A DNA stretch of 64,000 nucleotides from Malacoraja senta (Eukaryota), in NCBI GenBank assembly GCA_038087875.1, contig CM075996.1, positions 9,116,001 to 9,180,000 on the forward strand, read 5' to 3'. The notes beneath the pieces are model-generated. The model made no database searches. It worked only from the letters and a program-made list of their open reading frames with translations, and was not told the origin of the DNA. Shown piece by piece: positions 1-11,464 of the stretch. The position numbers were made by a program, and so were the translations under genes. The first letter of the stretch is position 1; each line of letters begins with the position of its first letter.

Positions 1-169
1 AGGGGGAGGAATAGATTGGGTGAACGCGCAGAGTCTTTTACCTAGGGCCAGAGAATCAAGAACAAGAGGACACAGGTTCCAGGTGAGAGGGAAAGATTTA
101 ATACCAACCTGGGGGGCAACGTTTTCACTCAGAGAGTGGTGGGTGCATGGAACAAGTTGCCAGAGGATA

Positions 170-520
170 GACACAAAGTGTTGGAGTAACTCAACGGGTC
201 AGGCAGCATCTCTGGGAAACAGGCATAGGTGACGTTTCATATCGAGACAGACAAAAAATGCTGGAGAAACTCAGCGGTTGAGGCAGCATCTATGGAGCGA
301 AGGAAATAGGTGACGTTTCGGGTCGAGACCCTTCTTCGGACTCCTTTCATATCGAGACGACGGTCTCGATATGAAAGGACTCCTTTCATATCATGAAGGA
401 CGGTCTCGACCCGAAACGTCACCTATTCCTGTTCCCCAGAGATGGTGCCTGACCCGCTGAGTTACTCCAGCACTTTGTGTCTTCCATCAGCGTAAGCCAG
501 CGTCTGCAGTTCCTTCCTGC
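170..520. mobile_element. Penelope-derived terminal repeats in inverted (fold-back) arrangement
   Basis: GACACAAAGTGTTGGAGTAACTCAACGGGTCAGGCAGCATCTCTG..GGTGACGTTTC at 170-238 and its reverse complement at about 412-482. The same motif lies directly 3' of Penelope ORF ends elsewhere in the window. Confidence 0.7.
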
Positions 521-1106
521 ACATTCGAGCTGCCAGAGGAGGCAGTTGAGGAAGATACCATAGCAGCATTTAAAAGACACTCGGGGAGCGTACTTGGATG
601 GTAAGGTTTTGGAGGGAAATATATACGGGCAAAATACAGGCACGTGGGACATGCTTAGATGGGGCATTCCGGTCAGCATGGACGCGATGGGCCGAAGGGC
701 CTGTTTCCGTGCTGTGTGACTCTACAAGCTCACCGTGCGGATACAGAAGCTTCCCTCACCTGTACTGCGAGTCACACGTGGGGCGTGTCCGTGGGCCCCC
801 TCGTTCATCGACAACAAGCCAAGCTCATTGGGATCGGTGCCATTCCTGTCTGAAACCAAACACACGCCAGAGCAGAGTTACTCATACCAACCCAGACATT
901 AGATTTCATAACATTATTCACTTTTCAGGTCAGTCAGTTCGCTGAGGACTTGTATGAATTATTTGCAAACAATCTAAAAAAGTAGAATATTATTAATTTT
1001 TTAAAAATTGGAAGCTTGCTAGATGTAATTTCTGTGTGGAAGTTAACACCGAGAACCACATAAAAGAAAATAAACTTGACACTTGTTAGAGGTTTGGAAT
1101 TGTGGC

Positions 1107-1306
1107 NNNNNNNNNNNNNNNNNNNNNNNNNNNNNNNNNNNNNNNNNNNNNNNNNNNNNNNNNNNNNNNNNNNNNNNNNNNNNNNNNNNNNNNNNNNNNN
1201 NNNNNNNNNNNNNNNNNNNNNNNNNNNNNNNNNNNNNNNNNNNNNNNNNNNNNNNNNNNNNNNNNNNNNNNNNNNNNNNNNNNNNNNNNNNNNNNNNNNN
1301 NNNNNN
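1107..1306. other. Assembly gap (200 N)
   Basis: Run of N characters. Confidence 1.
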
Positions 1307-1900
1307 CTCCCAACACTCCAAAAGCACCCAGCTTTGTAAGTTGAAGAAGGAACTGCAGATGCTGGAAAATCGAAGGTAGACAGAAATGCTGGAGAAACTC
1401 AGCGGGTGCAGCAGCATCTATGGAGCGAAGGAAATAGGCAACGTTTCGGGTCGAGACCCTTCTTCAGATTTTTGTATGTTAATTGGCTTCTGTAAAATTG
1501 TAAATTGTCCCCAGTGTGTAGGATGGTGTCAGTGTGGAGCTGATCGCTGGGCGGTGTGGACTCGGTGTGGACTCAGTGGGCCGCACGGCTTGTTTCCAGG
1601 CTGTATCTCTAAAGTCTAAAGAAAGAGATTTGACCTCATCTCCATCTTAAATGGACAACCCTTGGTTTATTAAGCAGAGACCTCCTGTTCTGGATCCTTG
1701 CACAAGAGGAAACATCCCCACACTAGCCACCATGTTAAAGCCTTCCAGGTTCTTGCAAGTTCTTTGACGCTCCATTGATACATCACTAAACAGTCTCCTC
1801 AAGAGACAACCTGCCCATTCCAGGTTTACATCTGGGAAATCTTCTCCGTCATCCCTCCTCACATAAGGAGATCGTGTTGTACCCAGCCCTTTAGATGTGA

Positions 1901-2090
1901 CTAGACCAAGTGTGGACCCGTCTGCTCCCCAACGCAATATTCCGCCACTCACCCGTTCCCCCGACGCAAGATTCCACCACTCACGCATAGCCCCCAACTG
2001 CGCAGGCGCGGCTCATTTCTCCTCATCCCCCCAGCATTCCCCCCTTCACTAATGCCTCGTTCAACTGAAACATAACAACCCCCCTCCCCC
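1901..2090 (-). mobile_element. Helitron-like 3' end fragment
   Basis: A|CTAGACCAAGTGTGGACCCG resembles the reverse complement of the 3' terminus at 43880-43910 and the terminus at 50829-50855. The hairpin is degenerate. Confidence 0.5.
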
Positions 2091-2420
2091 TTTCTCCCCC
2101 CTTTCTTTCCCTCCCCCTGTGCCCCATCTGGACTCGCATCTATTTCTCCCCCTCCACCCACATTCCTTCCTCTGGCTTCACAATTCCATCCTTTTGTCTC
2201 ACACCTGTTTATTCACCTCTGGCCTTTGTTCAACCATCTGCCTAATGCCCCCCCCCCTCACCTGTATTGCTTGCCATGCTTTCTGCTGCCTCTCTCTCCT
2301 CCAGCTTTCTTTAACCTCCCCCCCACAATCACTGAAGAAGGGGCCCGACCCAAAACGTCACCTATCCATGTTCTCCGCAGATGCTGCCTGACCCGCTGAG
2401 TTACTCCAGCACTCTTGTGT
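2090..2420 (+). mobile_element. Penelope-like element 3' UTR / terminal repeat
   Basis: Ends in CTGAAGAAGGGGCCCGACCCAAAACGTCACC..GATGCTGCCTGACCCGCTGAGTTACTCCAGCA. Confidence 0.65.
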
Positions 2421-2457
2421 CCTTTTTCGAAGTCGTAACCTCTCAATCTTTGTATTC

Positions 2458-2757
2458 AGTTTAGTTTCGTTTAGAGATACAGCGCGGAAACAGGCCCTAC
2501 AGCCCACCGAGTCCGCACCAACCAGCGATCCCCGCACACTAACACTATCCTACACACACTAGGGACATTTTACAATTTTACCCCACCAATTAACCTACAA
2601 AACCTGCACGTCTTTGGGGTGTGGGAGGAAACCGGTGATCCTGGAGAAAACCCACACAGGTCACGGGGAGAACGTACAAACTCCACGTTCCGCGCCCTTG
2701 GTCAGAATCTCTGGCGCTGTAAAGCAGCCACTCGACCGCTGCACCACCATGCCGCCC
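2458..2757 (-). mobile_element. tRNA-derived SINE (HE1/V-SINE-like)
   Basis: Reverse complement of the SINE at 5558-5853, with a CR1-like tail and (CTAAA)n end. Confidence 0.8.
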
Positions 2758-2875
2758 GACCCAGTTTCTGATCAATAAACAAGAACAATCTGTTGGCTGT
2801 AAAAGTAAAATATTGGTTATCGTTTATTTATTTATTAAAGATGCAGCACTGAAACACGCCCTTCAGCCCACTGGC

Positions 2876-3457
2876 AATAGACAATAGGTGCAGGAGTAGG
2901 CCATTCGGCCCTTCGAGCCAGCACCGCCATTCAATGTGATCATGGCTGATCATCCCCAATCACTACCCCGTTCCTGCCTTCTCCCCATATCCCCTGACTC
3001 CACTATCTTTAAGAGCCCTATCTAGCTCTCTCTTGAAAGTATCCAGAGAACCCACCTCCACCGCCCTCTGAGGCAGAGAATTCCACAGACTCACAACTCT
3101 CCGTGAGAAAAAGTGTTTCCTCGTCTCCGTTCTAAATGGCTTACCCCTTATTCTTAAACTGTGGCCCCTGGTTCTGGACTCCCCCAACATCGGGAACATG
3201 TTTCCTGCCTCTAGCGTGTCCAAACTCTTAACAATCTTATATGTTTCAATAAGATATCCTCTCATCCTTCTAAACTCCAGAGTGTACAAGCCCAGCTGCT
3301 CCATTCTCTCAGCATATGACAGTCCCGCCATCCCGGGAATTAACCTTGTAAACCTACGCTGCACTCCCTCAATAGCAAGAATGTCCTTCCTCAAATTAGG
3401 GGACCAAAACTGCACACAATACTCCAGGTGTGGTCTCACTAGGGCCCTGTACAACTG
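2876..3457 (-). mobile_element. CR1 (HER1-like) LINE 3' fragment
   Basis: [48 protein letters not shown] and a (CTATTGT)n tail. Confidence 0.9.
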
Positions 3458-3641
3458 TGTCCACGTCAATCATCAATCTCCTCTTCCCACTGCTTCTATG
3501 TTATCCCACTTGCTCATCCACTCTCTATACACTGGGGACAGTTTACAGAGGACAAAGTCTAGAGGTGAGAAGGAGACAAAAGAGCAGTTGATAAGGAGAT
3601 GAAAGGAGTGAAATGTCGAGCCGGTGGGGAGGGATAATTTA

Positions 3642-3839
3642 AGGCCCTGTCCCACTTGGCCATTTTTTCGGCGACTGCCCGCATCATTGACTGACGTATC
3701 AGGTCACCGTAAAATTCGCGGCGTGATCACGTATTGACGCGCGGTGTTTTTTTTGTCGCTGCTGGATTTTGAAATGTTTTGGCAACACTGATATGACGCC
3801 GGCAGTCGCCGAAAAAAATCGGCAAGTGGGACAGGCCCT
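3642..3839. mobile_element. MITE (PIF/Harbinger-like, inferred)
   Basis: Terminal inverted repeats AGGCCCTGTCCCACTTG / CAAGTGGGACAGGCCCT. Non-coding. Confidence 0.75.
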
Positions 3840-3849
3840 TGAGGTTCTA

Positions 3850-4402
3850 TCAGGCGCTGGTCAGGCTGCATTTGGAGTACTGTGAGCAACTTTGGGTCCC
3901 CATATCTGTGGAAGGATGTGCTGGCTCTGGAGAGGGTCCAGAGGAGGTTTACAAGAATGATCCCAGGAATGAGTGGGTTAGCATACGATGAGCGTTTGAC
4001 AGCACTGGGCCTGTACTCGCTGGAGTTTAGAAGGTTGAGGGGGGACCTCATTGAAACTTACAGAATAATGAAAGGCCTGGATAGAGTGGATGTGGAGAGG
4101 ATGTTTCCATGTGGGAGAGTCGAGGACCAGAGGCCACAGCCTCAGAATTAAAGGGCGCTCTTTTAGCAAAAACTTCTTTAGCCAGAGGGTAGTTAATCTG
4201 TGGAACTCATTGCCACAGAGGGCTGTGGAGGCCAAGTCAATGGATATTTTTAAGGCAGAGATAGACAAATTTGTGATTGGAACGGATGTCAAGGGTATGG
4301 GGAGAAGGCAGGAGAATGGGTTTAAGAGGGAGAGATAGATCAGCCATGATTGAATGGCAGAGTAGACTTGTTGGGCCGAATGGTCTAATTCTGCTCCTAT
4401 CA
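3850..4402 (+). mobile_element. CR1 LINE 3' fragment
   Basis: LERVQRRFTRMIPG..RRLRGDLIETY..FFSQRVVNLWNSLP followed by a CR1 3' UTR. Confidence 0.9.
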
Positions 4403-4857
4403 TTAAATGAGCGTATGAGATCTTCGGTTTCCTCCCACAAGGTGGGCCCAAGGGCCTGTTTCCGCACTGTGTCTCTGAACTCAACTAAAGAGCAGACCCT
4501 GCCGTGCTCCACCCACTGAAGCCGAGTGTGGTTTGCAATCTGCTCTGCCACCTAGTGCCGAGACTGGGAGTTGCTGCCCTGTTATCACTCCTCTCCAACA
4601 TGACTCCCCTCTCCTCCTGCTCTGCCCTCTCGCTACAAGTTCTTCATCACTCACACAGCACGGAAACAGGCCCTTCGGCCCAACTTTCCCGTACCGACCT
4701 GAAGATGCCGATGAGTCTGAAGAAGGGCGCCGACACGAAACGTCACCCATCCTTTTTCTCCAGAGATGCTGCCTGACCCACTGAGTTACTCCAGCACTTA
4801 GACCATAAGACCATAAGTGATAGGAGTAGAATCCATCAAGCCTACTCCGCCATTCCA

Positions 4858-5335
4858 TCAATCACAATCACAATAATACTTTATTAACCATGTATGTTTT
4901 GCAACATATGAGGAATTTAATTTGCCAAGTCAGTCATACAATAAAAAGCAACGGAACACACAAAACACATTTTAACATAAACATCCACCACAGTGACTCC
5001 TCCACATTCCTCACTGTGATGGAAGTCGAAAAAAAGTTCAAATCTCTTCCCTTCTTTGTTCTCCCACGGTCGGGGGGTCTCGAGCCCTCCTTTGACGGGA
5101 CGATCTTGACTCCCGTAGCCTGCGACGTTTTGGCCCTCCGCATCGGGGCGATCAGCTCCTGCATCGGGGGGATTCAGCTGCCCCGCGCCGGCAATCGGAC
5201 CCTGCGTCGGGCTGGTCGATCCTCTGCGTCGTTGGATCTTCCCGACTCGGCCTCTCCCAGGACTGCCAGCCCTTGATGGTAAGTCTGCAGGCTGCAGTTG
5301 GAGCGATCCCAGGCAAGGGATCAGCTCCGATGTAA
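4858..5335 (-). mobile_element. Unclassified GC-rich retroposon with microsatellite tail, nested in a CR1 tail
   Basis: (ATCACA)n end. Shares a TTCCATCACAGTGAGGA..GTGGATG motif (reverse complement) with 53750-54033 and 9054-9935. Interrupts CCATTC|AATCATGGCTG. Confidence 0.55.
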
Positions 5336-5557
5336 ATCATGGCTGGTCTATCTCTCTCTCCTAACCCCATTCTCCTGCCCTCTCCCCATAACCTCTGACG
5401 CCTGTGTCTTTCTTTGTGTCTTCCTTTGGTATATACCAGCATCTGCAGTTCCATGTATGTAAAAGATGCCCCATCTACACTAGTCCCAACTGCCCGTGTT
5501 TGGCCGATATTCCTCTAAACCTTTCCTATCCATGTACCTGTTCAAATGTCCTTCAAA

Positions 5558-5853
5558 CACGGTGGCACGGGGTAGAGCAACTGCCTTACAGCGCCAGAGA
5601 CCCTGGTTCGATCCTGACCATGGGTGCTTATCTGTAATGAGTTTGTACGTTCTCCCTGTGACTTGTGTGAGTTTCTCCAAGATCTTCGGTTTCCTCCCAC
5701 ATTCCAAAGACGTACAGGTCTGTAGGTTAATTGGCTTGGTAAATGTAAATTGTCCCTAGTGTGTGTGGGATAGTGTTAGTGTGCGGGGATCGCTGGTCAG
5801 CGTGGACTCGGTGGGCCGAAGGGCCTGTTTCCGCGCTGTATCTCTAAACTAAA
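5558..5853 (+). mobile_element. tRNA-derived SINE (HE1/V-SINE-like)
   Basis: A-box-like TGGCACGGGGTAGAG, B-box GGTTCGATCC, central TTCCTCCCAC..CAAAGAC domain, tail GGGCCGAAGGGCCTGTTTCC..CTAAACTAAAC. Further copies at about 10360-10615, 10650-10935, 12488-12755, 16885-17127, 20510-20810, 46408-46720 and 48010-48300 (+), and 26285-26590, 28065-28325, 55145-55750 and 57090-57568 (-). Confidence 0.85.
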
Positions 5854-6191
5854 CTTATTTATTTAGTCGGCACCAGATACGTGGTGACTGTGCGTACTTT
5901 GCGTATTGTTTGCAAAAACAAAGCATTTCACTGTACCTAGGTACAGGTGACATTAAAGTATCATTGAATGGAACCATCAGGGTTTATCCACCTTCGTGCA
6001 CGTTAACACCACCAACATCTACACTTTTGTAACGTGGATAAGTTTCTAAAACATCGCTATTCTCTTCCCTGAATTTATTAGCTTCCATGACCTTCTCCAT
6101 GGTAAATACAGACGAGAAATATTAATTTAATATCTCCCCCACCCTCATGTGGCTCTGCACATGGATGACCAGATTAATCCTTATTTTCTCT

Positions 6192-6700
6192 ATAGACAAT
6201 AGGTGCAGGAGTAGGCCGTTCGGCCCTTCGAGACAGCACAGCCATTCATTGTGATCATGGCTGATCATCCCCAATCAGTACCCCGTTCCTGCCTTCTCCC
6301 CATATCCCCTGACTCCGCTATCTTTAAGAGCCCTATCTAGCTCTCTCTTGAAAGTATCCACAGAACCGGCCTCTGAGGCAGAGAATTCCACAGACTCACA
6401 ACTCTCTGTGAGAAAAAGTGTTTCCTCGTCTCCGTTCTAAATGGCTTGCCCCTTATTCTTAAACTGTGGCCCCTGGTTCTGGAGTCCCCCAACATCGGGA
6501 ACATGTTTCCTGCCTCTAGCGTGTCCAAACCCTTAATAATCTTATATGTTTCAATAAGATTCCCTCTCATCCTTCTAAACTCCAGAGTATACAAGCCCAG
6601 CCGCTCCATTCTCTCAGCATATGACAGTCCCGCCATCCCGGGAATTAACCTTGTAAACCTACGCTGCACTCCCTCAATAGCAAGAATGTCCTTCCTCAAA
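6192..6700 (-). mobile_element. CR1 LINE 3' fragment
   Basis: ORF 6337-6711 is a CR1 ORF2 C-terminus, near-identical to 2876-3457. Confidence 0.9.
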
Positions 6701-7149
6701 TCAGGGGACATTCCCCTAGTTTTCCTTTTGTTTTAATATACATCAAATCTCTTGGGATTATCCATTACATTATCAGCCAAAGGTTATCACCTGGCCTCTT
6801 ATTGCCCTTGTGATTTCCCTCTTAAGTGTACTCTTACAACCTTATACTGCTCAAGAGAGTTGCTTCATGCCAGCTACCTTCATCTGACATCAGCCTCTTT
6901 CTTTTTCCTACGCCCAATACCTTTTACTCAGAGGGTGGTGGATCTGTGGAATTCTCTGCCACAGATGGCTGTGGAGGCCAAGTCAATGGACATTTTTAAG
7001 GCAGAGATAGATAGATTCTTGATCAGTACGGGTGTCAAGGGTTATGGGGAGAAGGCAGGAGAATGGGGTTCGGAGGGAGAGATAGATCAGCCATGGTTGA
7101 ATGGTGGAGTAGACTTGACGGGCCGAATGGCCTAATTCTGCTCCTAGCA

Positions 7150-8272
7150 CTTGCGGACATGAACATCGCTCATCGTCCAAGGTTTCCTAATCCTGTGCAA
7201 CTCACCCTTCACACTGACAGGAACAAACTGTCCCTGACCTCGAGGCGTCTCCCCTCCATCTCAGCACTGACGACCTCATTTCTTTATTCAATACTACTTG
7301 CTCTTCCATCCTGGATTCTGTTCTCTTAAAATGAAAAAGCCTAACCCTAAAGGCTGGCCCTGGCTCAATGACACCACCAGAGCCCTAAGAAGAGAGTGCA
7401 GAAAATCAGAACGGAAGTATAAATGTGATAAGCTTCAAATTTCCTACGAATTTCTGAGAAACAATATTCTCAAATACCAGGAAGCAGTAAAGTCTGTGAG
7501 AACACAATACTTTTGCAACCTTATTTCCAAAAACGTTCAAAATTCCAAGGTCCTATTTAGCACCATTACCTCTAGCATATGTCCTGCCCCCAGTACCAGC
7601 TTAGCTGGGGCCCCTGCTAAGTGCAAAGAATTTACTACATTTTTCACCAGCAAAGTTGAAAACATCAGAACTAATATCTCCCCTCCCATTCGTGATCTGG
7701 CTGTCTCATTGATCTGTTCTTCTAAATTAGACTGTTTCCAACCCGTTACTCTACCCTCCCTTGTAAAGCTGGTCTCCACTATGAAACCTACCACCTGCCC
7801 CCTCGACACTGTCCCCTCTGCCCTTCTGAAGGATGTCATTGCAATAGCCGGTCCCAGCATCCTCTCTATCATCAACAGTTCTCTGGCCACTGGCGCTGTT
7901 CCAACTTGCTTCAAGCACGCGGTGGTCCAGCCCCTCCTGAAAAACCTAACCTCGACCCCACCTTGCCTAGTAACTACAGACCTATTTCCAAACTGCCTTT
8001 CATCTCAAAAGTCCTTGAAAAGGTAATTTTAAGTCAACTAATGCCTTACCTACACCAAACTACCATCCTGGAAAGTTTCCAATCAGGTTTCAGGGCCCAG
8101 CACAGCACAGGGTCTGCCTTGTTGAAGGTACACAACGACCTACTTCTCGCCATCGACTCTGGCGACTGTGCAATCCTGCTCCTTCTCGACCTCAGCGCAG
8201 CGTTTGATACAGTGGACCACACCATCCTAATTGACCATCTCCGGTACGGGGTGGTGTTGATGGCCCTGCCCT
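7150..8272 (+). mobile_element. L2-clade LINE ORF2 fragment (frameshifted)
   Basis: PWLN..TCPLDTVP..FKHAVVQPLLK / NYRPISKLPFISKVLEK..QSGFR..LLLDLSAAFDTVDH. Confidence 0.85.
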
Positions 8273-8379
8273 GAGCTACCTGAGAGGGAGGGAGAGGGGG
8301 AGGGGGGGAGAAGGGGGGAGAAGGGGGAGAGGGGGGAGAGAGAGAGGGAGAGGGAGAGGGAGAGAGGGGAGAGAGAGGA

Positions 8380-8669
8380 ACGATCGCACGTTATAACGTG
8401 CCACTGACCCGTTCTGACCGCTGCCGCCGCCGCTGCCGCTGACCATCCCAACATTGCACCCTTCTTCATGGCGGTCCTTCAGATGTCTCGGCTCTGACAA
8501 TTCGAGGGACCTACCCGGTAGCAACACTGAGAGCAGCTCCGGGCCGCCGCGCTCCCCGACTCAACGCCGAACGAACACACGCTCCGTCCTGCGCTGAGCT
8601 TGCTGCAGGCCGGTTAAAATCGCTTGGCGGGCCGGATGTGGCCCGCGGGCCGTAGTTTGGAGGCCCCTG
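8380..8669 (-). mobile_element. hAT (Charlie-like) DNA transposon end plus GC-rich internal sequence
   Basis: Reverse complement begins CAGGGGCCTCCAAACTACGGCCCGCGGGCCACATCCGGCCCG, a typical Charlie-type terminus with GGCCC subterminal repeats. The other end was not found. Confidence 0.6.
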
Positions 8670-9053
8670 ACGTACGCCCAATACGGTAATCACAGCTAGC
8701 ACTAGCTTAATTGGGAAGAGTGTAACACTAACTTCCTTCAGTGGAGGGTGGGTGGGAGCACTTAGGGGGGTAAAGGGGCCGGACAACAAGCCTAAGTTCC
8801 GTTTCGACATACAAGAAAACATGGGGGGGAGATTGTCCCCCACCTCTTAAAACATGGGTGGCAGACGCCCCCCCTCCCCCCACCCCCCTGGGATTTCATG
8901 CCATGGATATTCATGGAATGGAGGGATGTGCATTATGTGCAGCTAGATACGAGTTGGTCTTGGCATCATGTTGAGCACAGACACTGTGGCCAAAGGGCCT
9001 GTTTGTGCCATACTGTTCTAAATCAGACTTTACTGCACTTTATATTGCATTAT

Positions 9054-9938
9054 AGGGTGGGCAGTGCGACTCTCGTCAGCAGCGGCCTCTGCAGTCCGTC
9101 TGTCTTTTTATTATTTTTGTCTCGTTTTTATGTAGTTTTTTATTTATTTTTTTGTCGGGGTATGTGTGTGGGGGGGTGGGGTGGGGGTGGGGGGTGGGGG
9201 ACTTTAAAATCTTTCCCCTGCACGGGAGACCCGACCTTTTCTTTGTCGGGTCTCCGTTTGTCGTTGGGGCTGGGCAACATGGAGCGGCCTCCAGCAGGAA
9301 CGACCTGGGGCTCCAGTTGCGGAGCTGCGGACTACTCACCGTCGCGGGGCTGGCCGAGTCCGGAGCGGGTGGAGCTGTGGTGGAGCGCTGCTGCGACCCG
9401 ACCCCGGAGATTCGGAGGCTACAACCGCGGGTCTGGCGGACGGCAACACCGGAAGCCCGCGGGTCCCTGGTGGAATCCCTTTTCGGGGCTTCCGCAGCGG
9501 CGACTTCTCCCGCCCGAGTTGCGGGGTTGAAGAGCACCTGGAGCGGGGCTTTACATCACCGCCCCGCGCGGCTTGGAATGGCCGCGGGACTTTGCGAGCG
9601 CGCGCCGGGGCTCTAACACCAAGACCCGGGGCGTGACCTTGCATCGCCCGGCGTGGCTTTAATAGCCGCGGGATAATCACCATCGCCCGCCGGGGGCTTT
9701 GACTTTGACTCTGACATCGGGGGGGGTGGGGGGGGAGAGCAGTGGAGAGATACGTTTTTTTTTGCCTTCAATCACAGCGCTGTGATGGATGTAATGTGTA
9801 AATTGTGTTGTGTCTCGGGTCTTCTTCGTTTTGTAATGTATGGCTGCAGAAACGACATTTCGTTTGGACCTCAACGGGGTCCAAATGACAAATTTGTCCA
9901 AAAGACAAATAAATTGTATTGTAAAAATTGTATTGTAT
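9054..9938 (+). mobile_element. Unclassified GC/CpG-rich retroposon with (TTGTA)n tail
   Basis: CATCGCCCGGCG..CATCGCCCGCCGGGGGCTTT and the CAAATGACAA..AATAAATTGTA end are shared with 53750-54033. A similar architecture occurs at 61560-62310. Confidence 0.55.
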
Positions 9939-10943
9939 TATCCCCTTTACATGTATCTGTTCACTGTGGATGACTCGATTGTAATCATGTATTGTCTTTC
10001 CGCTGATTGGTTAGCATGCCACAAAAGCTTTTCACTGTACCTTGTTACATGTGACTATAAACTAAACTGAACTAAACTTTACTAAACGTTCTATCCAGCT
10101 CTGAGCTTGTCTGCCTCACCAGTCAGGTTCCGTGTATTACAATAATGCAGTGTAATCTATCAGCCGCCCTGCTCCTTGTCCTGTTCCTACCTGTTCTTCC
10201 TACTGAGTCTTAGCTTAAATATTTGCCCCAACGTTCTCCTCTGCAACAAAACTACTTGCCACCCCTCTGCCAGCCAAGTTGAAACGCTTCCAAACTAGTG
10301 ACATTTCCGCTGCAGGATACTTGTTCTCTCCAATTCAGCCACAAGAGGGCGGCAGTCGGAGGTGGTGCAGCGGTGGAGTTGCTGCCTCACAGCGCCAGAG
10401 ACCCGGGTTCGATCCCGACTACGGATGCTGTGTGTACGGAGTTTGTACGTTGTCCCCGTGACCTGCGTGGGTTTTCTCCGGGTGCTCCGGTTTCCTCCCA
10501 CACTCCAAAGCCGTACCGGTTTGTAGGTTACTTGGCTTTGGTAAAATTATAAAATTGTCCCTGGTGTGCAGGATAGTGCGAGTGTAAGGGGTCGGCCTGG
10601 ACTCGAAGGGCCGAAGTTACAAAGACTCATCAACCACTGAGAGAAAGGGGCAGCGCAGTGGTGCAACGGTAGAGTTGCTGCCTTACAGCACCATAGACCC
10701 AGGTTCGATCCTGACTACAGGCAATGACTGTACGCAGTTTGTACGTTCTCCCTGTGACCACGTGGTTTTTCCTGGGTGCACGGTTTCCTCCCACGTTCCG
10801 ATGACGTGCAGGTTTGAAGGTCAATTGGCTTCTGTAAATTTCCCCAGCGTGTAGGATAGAACTAGCGTATGGGTGATGGATGGTTGGCGTGGACTCGTTG
10901 GGCCGAAGGGCCTGTTTCCACACTTTATGTCTAAAGCAAACTA

Positions 10944-11150
10944 AAGGTAGACAAAAATGCCAGAGAAACTCAGCGGGTGAGGCAGCATCTATGGAGCGAA
11001 GGAAATAGGCGACGTTTCGGGTCTTGACCCCTCTTCAGACCCGAAACGTCGCCTATTTCCTTCGCTCCATAGTTGCTGCCTCACCCGCTGAGTTTCTCCA
11101 GCATTTTTGTCTACCTTCAATTTTCCAGCATCCGCAGTTCCTTCTTCAAC
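10944..11150. mobile_element. Penelope-derived fold-back element
   Basis: About 80-bp inverted arms (10944-11023 and 11038-11117) meeting at the hammerhead-like core. Confidence 0.75.
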
Positions 11151-11224
11151 TAAACCAAAGATAGTCACAACGTGCTGGAGCAGCTCAGTAGGTTAGGCAA
11201 CGTCTCTGGAGAATTAGGATGGGT

Positions 11225-11252
11225 GACGTTTCGGGTCAGGACCCTTCTTCAG
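11225..11252 (-). ncRNA. Minimal hammerhead-ribozyme-like core in a Penelope terminal repeat
   Basis: Minus strand reads CUGAAGA-A-GGGUC-CU-GACCC-GAAA-CGUC: conserved CUGANGA and GAAA boxes, stem II, palindromic ACGU stem III and a GUC site. Stem I is weak. Confidence 0.55.
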
Positions 11253-11464
11253 ACTGAAAGTAGAGGGGAGGGAACTGGGGGGCAAGTAAAGGCCAGAACA
11301 AAGCAGGGCCAGTAACAAAAGACCAAAGAAGGGTGGAGCCCATAAGGGTCCATTGTTGGCTGGGGAAGAGGCGATAACGAAGGGATACAAGGATGCGAAC
11401 AGTGGAACTAGTAGGATGACTAGGGTGGGAGGGAGGGAATGCAAGGGTTACTTGAAGTTAGTAA

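Noticed and set aside
1043..1417. ORFs spanning X runs
   Set aside because: Artefacts of the N gap.
1647..1997. 116-aa minus-strand ORF as a candidate exon
   Set aside because: It ends in a decayed CR1 motif (MFPLV..SRT.G) and starts in a Helitron-like fragment.
5558..5630. tRNA-like A/B boxes (also in other SINE heads)
   Set aside because: They are SINE heads continuing into SINE body and tail, not tRNA genes.
8227..8600. Minus-strand GCCATG-initiated ORF (MKKGAMLGWSAAAAAAA) and an RFX-like half site as a possible gene start
   Set aside because: It is contiguous with a hAT-type terminus and runs into low-complexity sequence. I recognise no protein or downstream exons.
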